Below the pieces are notes generated by a model that was not told where the DNA came from, did no database searches, and saw only the letters and a program-made list of their open reading frames with translations. This document shows, piece after piece, positions 27,011-35,234 of a DNA stretch of 59,036 nucleotides. Positions within the stretch are counted from its first letter, which is position 1. Every line of letters begins with the position of its first letter. The position numbers and the translations under genes were made by a program. The stretch covers positions 1 through 59,036 of the forward strand of contig DATBBW010000111.1 in the NCBI GenBank assembly GCA_036270795.1, given 5' to 3'. Source of the DNA: Gemmatimonadales bacterium. GTDB taxonomy: Bacteria > Gemmatimonadota > Gemmatimonadetes > Gemmatimonadales > GWC2-71-9.

Positions 27011-28648
27011 TCACGAGGCGGCTCGCATGGCGTCCACGGGCTCGAGCGCGTCCGGTGACGTGGTTGCCTCGGCGGCGTCCGCCGGCGCCGCTGGCTCCCG
27101 CTCCACCACCCAGCCTGCCGTGGGGCTCCGCTGCAGGCTGTGACGTTCCATCAGTCGGTACAGCGTGGTGCGGTCGACGCCCGCGATCCGGGCAGCCTTC
27201 GACATGTTCCCCCCGGCGCGGTTCACGAGCCACGTCAGGTACTGCCGTTCGAACTGCGTGATGACGCGATCGCGGGCCGCGTGGTAGCTCTCCTCGAGCA
27301 GCGTGGCCACGAGCGCCGCGGGGTTGGCCCCGGTCTCGGGGGCAGCAGCGTCTCCGGTGAGCTGCAGGTGCTCGGGACCAATCGACGTCCCCGGTTCCGC
27401 AACGACGGCCAGGTGCTCGACCACGTTCTGCAACTCGCGCACGTTGCCGCGCCACGGATACGCGCACAGCGCGCGGAGCGCGGCGTCCGTCAGCTTGGGG
27501 AACGGCGCCCCTTTGCTGCGGTGCCGGACCCAGTACGTCGAGAGGAAATACTCGGCCAGCAGGGGAATGTCCTCCGGCCGCTCCCGCAGCGCGGGCACCT
27601 GGATCGGGACCACGCGCACGCGGTAGTACAGGTCTTCCCGCAGCGTGCCCGCCTTCACGGCCGCCTCGGGATCGCCGTTCGTCGCCGCGATGAAACGAAC
27701 ATTCACGACCGCGTCGGTCGTTTCACTGCCCACGCGGCGCACCACGCCATCCTGGATCACCCGCAGCAGCTTCGCCTGGATCGGCTTCGACATTTCGATC
27801 AGCTCATCCAGAAACAGCGTGCCGCCATTGGCCGCCTCGAGCAGGCCGGGCTTATCGCGCACTGCGCCGGTGAAGGCTCCCTTGCGGTGCCCAAACATCT
27901 CTGACTCGAGCAACCCCTCGGGGAGCGCCGCGCAGTTGACCGCGACGAACGGCCGGCTGGAGCGGCGGCTGTGATGGTGGATGAACTGCGCGATCATTTC
28001 CTTGCCCGTACCGCTCTCGCCGGTGATGAAGACCGACGCGTCGGTAGGAGCGACCTTGCGGGCCAGGTCGACGGCCCGGCGGAACGCGGGCGCCGTGCCG
28101 AGCAGCGCGATCTTGTCCGAGTGCACGTGCCGGCGCTCGAGCTCGCCCTGCTGCGCGCGTGTCTCCCGGGCGACGAGCAGCGTGTGCACGGCGCGCCCGA
28201 TCAACACCTGGAGGTGCGTGGCCGAGAACGGCTTCGGCAGGTAGTCGAACGCCCCTTGCCGCAGCGCCTCGACGCTCGAATCCACGCTGGGATTCCCGGT
28301 CATGACGACGACGACGGTATCGCGGTTCGTGGCGAGGGCCGCGCGCAACAGCACGAGGCCGCCCACCTGCGGCAGGTAGAGATCGACCAGCAGGATGTCG
28401 AAGGCGCGACGGCGCAGGAGGTCAAGGGCCTCTTGGCCGCGGCCGCTGACGGTCACGTCGTAGCCGTCTTGGCGGAGCACGCTGGCGCAGCTCTCGCGCA
28501 GCGTGTGCTCGTCATCCACGATCAGCACCCGGATCTGGGCCTTCACCTCGGGTCCGATCGGTAGCAGCGCCGCGAGGTTCTGCGCCTCGTCGGGCTCGCT
28601 GGCCCAAGGGGCCTTGTCCTGGGTAACCGGTATCGACATGGCGCTCAT
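27011..28648 (-). CDS. NtrC-family sigma-54-dependent response regulator (canonical REC + AAA+ + HTH)
   Basis: The REC domain keeps all conserved residues (LIVDDE, LLVDLYLP, VVMTG, LPKPF). Walker A is GESGTGKE, and GAFTGA is present. The C-terminal HTH is AARIAGVDRTTLYRLMERH. Confidence 0.9.
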   Translation of the reverse strand: MSAMSIPVTQDKAPWASEPDEAQNLAALLPIGPEVKAQIRVLIVDDEHTLRESCASVLRQDGYDVTVSGRGQEALDLLRRRAFDILLVDLYLPQVGGLVLLRAALATNRDTVVVVMTGNPSVDSSVEALRQGAFDYLPKPFSATHLQVLIGRAVHTLLVARETRAQQGELERRHVHSDKIALLGTAPAFRRAVDLARKVAPTDASVFITGESGTGKEMIAQFIHHHSRRSSRPFVAVNCAALPEGLLESEMFGHRKGAFTGAVRDKPGLLEAANGGTLFLDELIEMSKPIQAKLLRVIQDGVVRRVGSETTDAVVNVRFIAATNGDPEAAVKAGTLREDLYYRVRVVPIQVPALRERPEDIPLLAEYFLSTYWVRHRSKGAPFPKLTDAALRALCAYPWRGNVRELQNVVEHLAVVAEPGTSIGPEHLQLTGDAAAPETGANPAALVATLLEESYHAARDRVITQFERQYLTWLVNRAGGNMSKAARIAGVDRTTLYRLMERHSLQRSPTAGWVVEREPAAPADAAEATTSPDALEPVDAMRAAS

Positions 28649-28883
28649 CCGAAAGTGGTTTCGCGCTCTCTCCTACGCAGGGTTCGGGCCACGCTGTCGC
28701 GACCTCGCAGCACCGCCTGCGCGCGACCGTGGCGCACCAACCTGCGTCACCGGCCGTGGGCGGGTGCACCGATTTGCGGCGGTTCGGCCGGTGTGGCGCG
28801 CCCTGGTGTGGCTGGCTCGCGGTATCGGACTTGCGACTGTGCCGGGAGCTAGCGCCTCATGCCCTAACCAGATCGGAGCCGTA

Positions 28884-31280
28884 ATGATCATGACCCCGAA
28901 CGACCAGCCTGGGGCTCTCGTCGCTGCCCCCCCGCCGCTGCCCCCGCGTCCGGGCCCGCTGGCCTTGGTCGAGCCCCCGTTTGACGTCGACGGGGGCCTC
29001 GATTGGCGACGGGTCGGAACGGCGGTGCTGCGGTTCAAATGGCTGATTCTCGTGGCCACCCTGCTCGGCGGCGTGGTGGGGGTCGCGGCGACGTGGTTCC
29101 TGAACCCCGTCTACGTGGCGCAGGGGACGATCTGGATCGATGAGACGGGACGGGCCGACGGCCGCGCCGCCGACCGCGGTCCGATCGGGCCGGGCCAGCT
29201 GCTGGATCGCGAGTCCTGGGTGGACCTGCTCCGGTCCTTCGCGGTGTTGGACTACGTGGTCCGCTCGCAGCGGCTCTTCCTCACCGCGCTGCCGTCGGAC
29301 AGCACGGCGCTCGCGACGTTCAGCGTCGCGGAGCATTACCGGCCGGGCGAGTACCAGGTGACGGTCGATTCAGCGGGACGCTACACCCTGGCAGACGCGA
29401 CCGGGCGCACGCTCGAACGCGGAGCCGTGGGAGACTCGATCGGGGCCCGGCTCGGGTTCGCCTGGGTCCCGACGCGCGAGGCGCTGGGGCCGGGGCGCGT
29501 GCTCCGGCTGGGCGTCGCCTCGATTCGCGAAGGGGCGCGCCGCTTGGATGAGGCGCTGGACATTCGGGCCGATCCCAACGGGAACTTCCTGCACCTCGAG
29601 TTCCGGGGCACCGACCCGGTGCGCATCACCGCGATCGTGAACGGGGTGGCCGAACGCTATGTCGAGGTGGCGGCCCAGCTCAAGCGCGAACGGGTGTCCC
29701 AGTTGGCGAAGATCCTCGACGACCAACTCGCGTCCGCGCGCGACAATCTGCGCCAGGCCGAGGCCGCGCTCGAGCGCTACGGCGTGCGGACCATCACGCT
29801 GCCGTCCGGCCAGGCGCCCCAGGGCACGGACCGGGTCCCCGCCGTCGGATCATTCTTCGAGGTGCAGCTCGAGCGCGATTCATTGCGACGGGACCGCGAG
29901 GCGTTGCAACAGGTCATCGCGCAGGCGCGCGATTCGGGCCTCTCGGCCAGCGCGCTCCAGACGATTGCGGCCGTGCAGCACGACCCCAACCTCACCCAAG
30001 CGCTGAAGGAGCTGGTGGCCAAACAGGCCGACCTGCGCGTCCTGAAGTACCGCTACGCCGACGCGTACCCGCCGGTGCAACGGCTCACGGCGGACATCGC
30101 GCACCTCGAGCGGGAGACGATCCCGTCACTGGCCCAGGTGCTCGTGGGCGAGCTCAGCGCGCGCGAGAGCGCGGTCGGGCGGCGGATCGACACCAACAGC
30201 CGCGATCTGCGCCAGATCCCGGCGCGGGTGCTCGAGGACGCACGCTTGCGACGCGCGGCGACGCTCGCCGAGAACGTGTATACGACGCTGCAGCAGCGCT
30301 ACGACGAGGCGAAGCTGGCCGAAGCGAGCACGATCCCCGATGTGCGGGTCCTCGACTCGGCGGTCGTCCCGCAACGGCCGGTGCGCAACACGGCGCCGCG
30401 CGTCATCCTAATGGCGCTCGTCGGGACGTTTGGTCTCGCCGTCGTGGGCGCCGTGTTGCGCGATCGGGCGGACCCACGGGTGCGCTATCCCGACCAGGTC
30501 TCCCGCGAGATGGGGCTCCCGATCCTCGGCGCGCTGCCGCACGTCACGCGGCGGGAAGAGCGGGACCGCACCGGGCGGATGGCGGAGGACGTCGCCCAGT
30601 TGGTCGAAGCCCTGCGCGGCACCTGTCTCAACCTCGTGTACGCCTATGGGGCGGCGGGCCCCATGCTCGTGACAGTGACGAGCCCCGGACCGGGGGAGGG
30701 CAAGTCGTTCCTCACGGCGAACCTGGCCCGCACCTTCGCCGAGGGGGGACACCGCACGCTCCTCGTGGACGGGGACATCCGACGCGGGGTGCTGCACCGC
30801 CGCCTGTCGGCCCGGCGGCGACCGGGACTAACGGACTGCCTGCGGGGCGAGCTGTCGTTCGACGCGATCCTGCAGCAGACTGCCTACCCGCTCCTCACGC
30901 TGATCGGCTGCGGCACCCGGGTCCACAACGCGCCCGAGCTGCTAAACTCGCAGGCGATGGCCCAGCTGATCGCGCGGGCGCGTGGCGTCTACGATGTGAT
31001 CCTGATCGACAGCCCGCCGCTCGGCGGCGGGGTGGACCCCTTCATCCTCGGGACCCACACGGGGAGCCTGCTCTTGGTGCTCCGGACGGCGCAGAGCCAC
31101 CGCGATGTGGCGGCGGCCAAGCTGGAAGTGCTGCGGCGCCTCCCGGTGCGGCTGCTCGGCGCCGTGCTGAACGACATCCCCCGGGGAGCGGGGTACCGCT
31201 ACTACGCGTCGTATTCGTATTACCTGCCGGGCTACGAGGCGGAGGACGAGCACGCGACCGGCCGGCCGTTGGCGAGTTAA
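28884..31280 (+). CDS. wzc: Wzc-type polysaccharide co-polymerase fused to a BY-tyrosine kinase
   Basis: GGAG lies 6 nt upstream of ATG 28884. A TM helix is followed by a Wzz-like periplasmic and coiled-coil region. Walker A is SPGPGEGKSF, with LLVDGDIRRG and Walker B VILIDSPP. The C-terminal Tyr cluster is YRYYASYSYYLPGY. Confidence 0.9.
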   Translation: MIMTPNDQPGALVAAPPPLPPRPGPLALVEPPFDVDGGLDWRRVGTAVLRFKWLILVATLLGGVVGVAATWFLNPVYVAQGTIWIDETGRADGRAADRGPIGPGQLLDRESWVDLLRSFAVLDYVVRSQRLFLTALPSDSTALATFSVAEHYRPGEYQVTVDSAGRYTLADATGRTLERGAVGDSIGARLGFAWVPTREALGPGRVLRLGVASIREGARRLDEALDIRADPNGNFLHLEFRGTDPVRITAIVNGVAERYVEVAAQLKRERVSQLAKILDDQLASARDNLRQAEAALERYGVRTITLPSGQAPQGTDRVPAVGSFFEVQLERDSLRRDREALQQVIAQARDSGLSASALQTIAAVQHDPNLTQALKELVAKQADLRVLKYRYADAYPPVQRLTADIAHLERETIPSLAQVLVGELSARESAVGRRIDTNSRDLRQIPARVLEDARLRRAATLAENVYTTLQQRYDEAKLAEASTIPDVRVLDSAVVPQRPVRNTAPRVILMALVGTFGLAVVGAVLRDRADPRVRYPDQVSREMGLPILGALPHVTRREERDRTGRMAEDVAQLVEALRGTCLNLVYAYGAAGPMLVTVTSPGPGEGKSFLTANLARTFAEGGHRTLLVDGDIRRGVLHRRLSARRRPGLTDCLRGELSFDAILQQTAYPLLTLIGCGTRVHNAPELLNSQAMAQLIARARGVYDVILIDSPPLGGGVDPFILGTHTGSLLLVLRTAQSHRDVAAAKLEVLRRLPVRLLGAVLNDIPRGAGYRYYASYSYYLPGYEAEDEHATGRPLAS

Positions 31281-32218
31281 CCGGTCGCCGCCCCGCTCAC
31301 CTCAAAGCGTCGAATCCAGCCCCCCCCTTCCGCTCTCCCGGTGCGCAGGGCGGCTGAGGCGCGCCCCAACAGCTCCACCGGCTCGATCGGCGCATACCCC
31401 ATATTGGCGACCGCCTCGTAGCCGAAGCGCATACCCCGCGGGGTCACCCCCCCGCCGGGGCTCGGGTCGAGCGCGACCTGGAGCGAGCCTGCGAGGCGCT
31501 CCGCCAGGCGGCGCGCACCGGACGCGTCCGTCCCCGGCGCCAGTACCGCAAACTCGGTCGAGCCCAAGCGACCGATCACGTCGGAGCGGCGGGCGGTGGC
31601 CTGGAGCACGTGAACGCCGCGTCCCACGACGTCGGTCGCTCCCCCGGGAGCCGCGCCGGCCCCTGCGGGATCGATCGCCAACACGACGCACGCAATCGCG
31701 GCGTGGTCACGGACCGCCTGCGAACTGAGCTCGCGGGCGCGGCGCGCGAGGCCCTGGCGGTTGTACAACCCGGTTTGCAGGTCGAGCAATCCCTCGGTCC
31801 GCGTGCGGTCGGCCTCGAGCTTGGCGCGGATGTAGACGCTCGCCTTGAGCACGATTTCATCGTGGTCATGCGGCGGCGCGATGCACTCCCAGGCACCCGC
31901 GCGTAACGCGGTCAGCCGTTGCTCTCGGGTAGCGGGTTCCGAAAACGCGAGCAAGATCGGCGTCGTACTCGTGAGGCGGCCGTCGCCTAGCAGCGCGCGG
32001 CACAACTCGATGCCCGTCATGTCAGGCAGCTCGGCAGCGATGATGATCACGTCGGGCCGGGCGGCTTGGGCGCGCTCCAGCGCGTGTCGGGCTGTGCGCT
32101 CGCGCAGCACGACGTACCCTACCTGCTCGAGCAGGCGGGCGAGCCACTGGGTGCGTTCCTCGCGATCATCGGCGAGAAGCGCCAGGGACAAGCCGTTCGG
32201 TGACGTGTCGTCGCTCAT
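31277..32218 (-). CDS. Receiver-like domain plus degenerate GGDEF domain protein (candidate c-di-GMP receptor, not a cyclase)
   Basis: SD GGGGGGAG precedes ATG 32218. The REC-like domain has Ala where the phospho-Asp should be (PDVIIIAAELPDMTG). The GGDEF motif is replaced by GSTEF, while the I-site RRSD sits exactly 5 residues upstream. Confidence 0.75.
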   Translation of the reverse strand: MSDDTSPNGLSLALLADDREERTQWLARLLEQVGYVVLRERTARHALERAQAARPDVIIIAAELPDMTGIELCRALLGDGRLTSTTPILLAFSEPATREQRLTALRAGAWECIAPPHDHDEIVLKASVYIRAKLEADRTRTEGLLDLQTGLYNRQGLARRARELSSQAVRDHAAIACVVLAIDPAGAGAAPGGATDVVGRGVHVLQATARRSDVIGRLGSTEFAVLAPGTDASGARRLAERLAGSLQVALDPSPGGGVTPRGMRFGYEAVANMGYAPIEPVELLGRASAALRTGRAEGGGWIRRFEVSGAATG

Positions 32219-32522
32219 GCAGGAACTCCCCCCCACGGTTTCCACCGATGCGACCGGGCGCCAGGGTGATCTGCCTGCAAGCTCGGGGCCGTAGCGCGGT
32301 GCGCGCGCGCCGCCTGCCGCGGAGCGGGCGGCGCGCTCGGAATGCAGCGTGAGCGCAACGGAGTGACGCCCCGGCGCGGCCCGGGCGGCCCCTCGGGGGC
32401 GCCTGCTAAGCCGTTGTCGGCCCGTGCGCTAGACGCGTGCGACGGGAGGGGTACGCGGGTCAGGCCTCAAACTTGAAGGGACAGAACGCCCGAGCGAGCG
32501 CGTAATCGGTGAGGAATGGCGC

Positions 32523-32744
32523 ATGCTATGCAAACGCTGTGAAGCCCAAACCGGAAGCAGTCCGACGCGACCCCACGCCGCCGAGCGCTATCAGGCGCTC
32601 CGGTGCGATCGGTGCGGCGCGGCGATCCTCACGCTCGCAGGCGTAGTTGTGGGCGTGGGCGACCATATCCTGGCCGAACTGGCCCGATTCGGACTCGCGA
32701 CCCGCGGCAAACCGCTGCTCAAACCCAAGCGTAGGGGGGCCTGA
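32523..32744 (+). CDS. Possible small zinc-ribbon protein (73 aa) immediately upstream of glmS
   Basis: GAGGAA lies 6 nt upstream of the ATG. There are two CxxC pairs (CKRC, CDRC). The stop is 3 nt before the glmS ATG. Composition is otherwise unremarkable, and a sigma-54-like motif overlaps its start. Confidence 0.35.
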   Translation: MLCKRCEAQTGSSPTRPHAAERYQALRCDRCGAAILTLAGVVVGVGDHILAELARFGLATRGKPLLKPKRRGA

Positions 32745-32747
32745 CCG

Positions 32748-34574
32748 ATGTGTGGTATCGTGGGCTACGTCGGATCACGCGACGCCACTCCGGTCCTGTT
32801 GGACGCCCTCGCGCGGTTGGAGTACCGCGGCTACGACTCGGCGGGCGTCGCCGTGCTGAATGGCGGAGGCGTCGAAACCCGGAAGCTCGCCGGCCGCATC
32901 GGGGGGCTGCGCGACCTGCTCGCGCGCTCCCCGCTACGCGGTCATTGCGGCATCGGCCACACGCGCTGGGCGACCCACGGCGCCCCGAACGAGCGCAACG
33001 CCCACCCGCACGCGGATTGCACCGGCACCCTGGCCCTGGTGCATAACGGGATCATCGAAAACGCGGAGCTGCTGCGCGCGCGCCTGGCGCGCACGGGTCA
33101 CCGCTTCGCCACCGACACCGACACCGAGACGCTGACGCACCTGATCGAGGACACCCCCGGCGCGACCCTGGAGGAGCGGGTCATCGCGGCGCTCCCCCAC
33201 GTCGAAGGGACCTATGGCCTCGCGATCGTCGCCCAAAACGATCCCGGGAAGATCGTCGTGGCGCGGCGTGGCTCGCCGCTCCTCATCGGCGTGGGGGAGG
33301 GCGAGTTTCTCGTCGCCTCCGATGCCAATGCCGTGTTGCCGCATACCCGCTCGGTGGTGTACCTCAACGATGGTGACATCGCGGTTCTCACCGCCGCGGG
33401 GTACCGCGTCCTCGATGGCGACGCGCGCGTCCAGGCGCGCGCCGTGGACGCCATCGCGTGGGATCTCGAAACGCTCGGGCTCGGCCCCTACGAGCACTTC
33501 ATGCTCAAGGAAATCTGCGAGCAGCCCGACACCGTGCGGGCGACGCTGCGCGGGCGCCTGCTGCCCGCCGACGGCGACGCGCGTCTCAACGGACTCAACC
33601 TCCCGCCGGCCCGGTGCACGCGGGTCCGGCGCATCGTGATCATCGCCTGCGGCACCTCGTGGCACGCGGGCCTCGTGGGACGCCACGTGCTGGAAGAGCT
33701 GGCCGGCATTCCGGTGTCAGTCGAGTACGCCTCGGAATACCGCTACCGCAAGCGGGTGCCGTTCCCGGGGACGCTCACGGTGGCCATCTCGCAGTCGGGG
33801 GAGACGGCGGACACGCTGGAGGCGCTGCGCGCCGCGAAGGCCGCGGGCTCGACGGTGATCGGGATCGTGAACGTCGTGGGCTCCACCATCGCCCGCGAAG
33901 CGGATGGCGGGATTTACCTGCATGCGGGCCCGGAAGTAGGAGTGGCGTCCACCAAGGCGTTCACCTCGCAGCTCGCCGCGCTGCTGCTGTTGGCGCTGCA
34001 TCTCGGCCGGGCGCGCGGCCTGCCGCTCGCGGCGGGACGTCAGCTCGCCGAACAGCTCGCGGCGTTGCCGGACTTGGTCGCGCGCACCCTCGAGCTCGAG
34101 CCGGAAGTACGGGCCCTCGCCGCGCACTACGCCGACGCGCCCAACGCCTTGTACCTGGGGCGCGGCGTCAACTTCCCGGTGGCCCTCGAGGGCGCCTTGA
34201 AGTTGAAAGAGATCTCCTACATCCACGCCGAGGGCTACCCGGCCGCGGAGATGAAGCACGGGCCCATTGCCCTGATCGACGCCAACATGCCGGTGGTGTT
34301 CGTCGCCCCGAAGGATGAGGTGTACGCGAAGGTGCTCTCGAACATGCAGGAGGTTAAGGCGCGCGGCGGTCGCATCATCGCCGTCACGAGCCAGGGGAAC
34401 GGCGATCTGCGGCACCTCGCGGACCACCAGCTGCGCGTGCCGGCGTGCGCGCCGCTCCTGTCGCCGGTGCTGACGGTGATCCCGCTGCAGCTGCTCGCCT
34501 ATCACATCGCCTTGCTGCGAGGGTGCGACGTGGACCGCCCCCGCAACCTGGCGAAAAGCGTAACGGTGGAGTGA
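32748..34574 (+). CDS. glmS: Glutamine--fructose-6-phosphate aminotransferase (isomerising)
   Basis: The N-terminus is MCGIVGYVG...LEYRGYDSAGV, followed by two SIS domains (SQSGETADT). The protein ends in KSVTVE and is 608 aa. Confidence 0.97.
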   Translation: MCGIVGYVGSRDATPVLLDALARLEYRGYDSAGVAVLNGGGVETRKLAGRIGGLRDLLARSPLRGHCGIGHTRWATHGAPNERNAHPHADCTGTLALVHNGIIENAELLRARLARTGHRFATDTDTETLTHLIEDTPGATLEERVIAALPHVEGTYGLAIVAQNDPGKIVVARRGSPLLIGVGEGEFLVASDANAVLPHTRSVVYLNDGDIAVLTAAGYRVLDGDARVQARAVDAIAWDLETLGLGPYEHFMLKEICEQPDTVRATLRGRLLPADGDARLNGLNLPPARCTRVRRIVIIACGTSWHAGLVGRHVLEELAGIPVSVEYASEYRYRKRVPFPGTLTVAISQSGETADTLEALRAAKAAGSTVIGIVNVVGSTIAREADGGIYLHAGPEVGVASTKAFTSQLAALLLLALHLGRARGLPLAAGRQLAEQLAALPDLVARTLELEPEVRALAAHYADAPNALYLGRGVNFPVALEGALKLKEISYIHAEGYPAAEMKHGPIALIDANMPVVFVAPKDEVYAKVLSNMQEVKARGGRIIAVTSQGNGDLRHLADHQLRVPACAPLLSPVLTVIPLQLLAYHIALLRGCDVDRPRNLAKSVTVE

Positions 34575-34576
34575 CG

Positions 34577-35230
34577 ATGAAACCGCTCGTGCGACTGCTG
34601 TTCGTAGGCTGCACCCTGGGACCCCTCACCGCGTCGGCGCAAACCACCGGCGCACGGAGCGCCCCGTCCTCCGCGACGCTCAGCGGCGAGTTCCAGCTGG
34701 GAGACCGGGTCCAGCTCCAAGTGGAGGGGGATTCCCTGTTCACCGCCACCTTCACGGTCGGGCCCGGACCGGCGCTCACGCTCCCGGCGATCGGCGCGAT
34801 CCCGCTCGCGGGTGTGCGGCGCGCCGACGTCGAGCCTTATCTCCGCCAGGCGCTCGCACGCTACCTGAAGGACCCCGTGGTGCACGCCAAGGCGCTCATC
34901 CGGCTCGCGATCATCGGAGAGGTCGAACATCCGGGCTTCTACTCCGTCCCCGTGGACGCCGTGCTCGCCGACGCCCTGATGCAGGCGGGCGGACCCACCC
35001 GCGAGGCCAGGGTGCCGGGGGTGCGCGTGGAGCGTGAGGGCCAGTCCATCCTGCAAGGGGATTCGCTGCAACGGGTGTTGGCGCATGGACTCACCGTGGA
35101 CCAGGTGGGCCTGCGGGACGGGGATCGGTTCGTGGTGCCGCGCCAACACAACGGGGAGACCCCGTGGCGGATCCTCGGCCTCCTCGTCCTGCTACCGACG
35201 GCGATCTACGGCGTCACGCGAGCGTTCTGA
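34577..35230 (+). CDS. Polysaccharide export protein (Poly_export + SLBB; short Wza-like)
   Basis: GGAG is upstream and the start is 2 nt after the glmS stop. There is a signal peptide. Other features are GDRVQLQVEGD..., LTLPAIGAIPLAGV, the SLBB-like region GEVEHPGFY, and a C-terminal TM helix. Confidence 0.8.
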   Translation: MKPLVRLLFVGCTLGPLTASAQTTGARSAPSSATLSGEFQLGDRVQLQVEGDSLFTATFTVGPGPALTLPAIGAIPLAGVRRADVEPYLRQALARYLKDPVVHAKALIRLAIIGEVEHPGFYSVPVDAVLADALMQAGGPTREARVPGVRVEREGQSILQGDSLQRVLAHGLTVDQVGLRDGDRFVVPRQHNGETPWRILGLLVLLPTAIYGVTRAF

Positions 35231-35234
35231 ATCC

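Noticed and set aside
32246-32747. A glmS ribozyme upstream of glmS.
   Set aside because: I could not recognise the conserved ribozyme core or its pseudoknot arrangement in the 500-nt upstream region. The element is mainly a Gram-positive feature. Only an Rfam covariance-model search could settle this.
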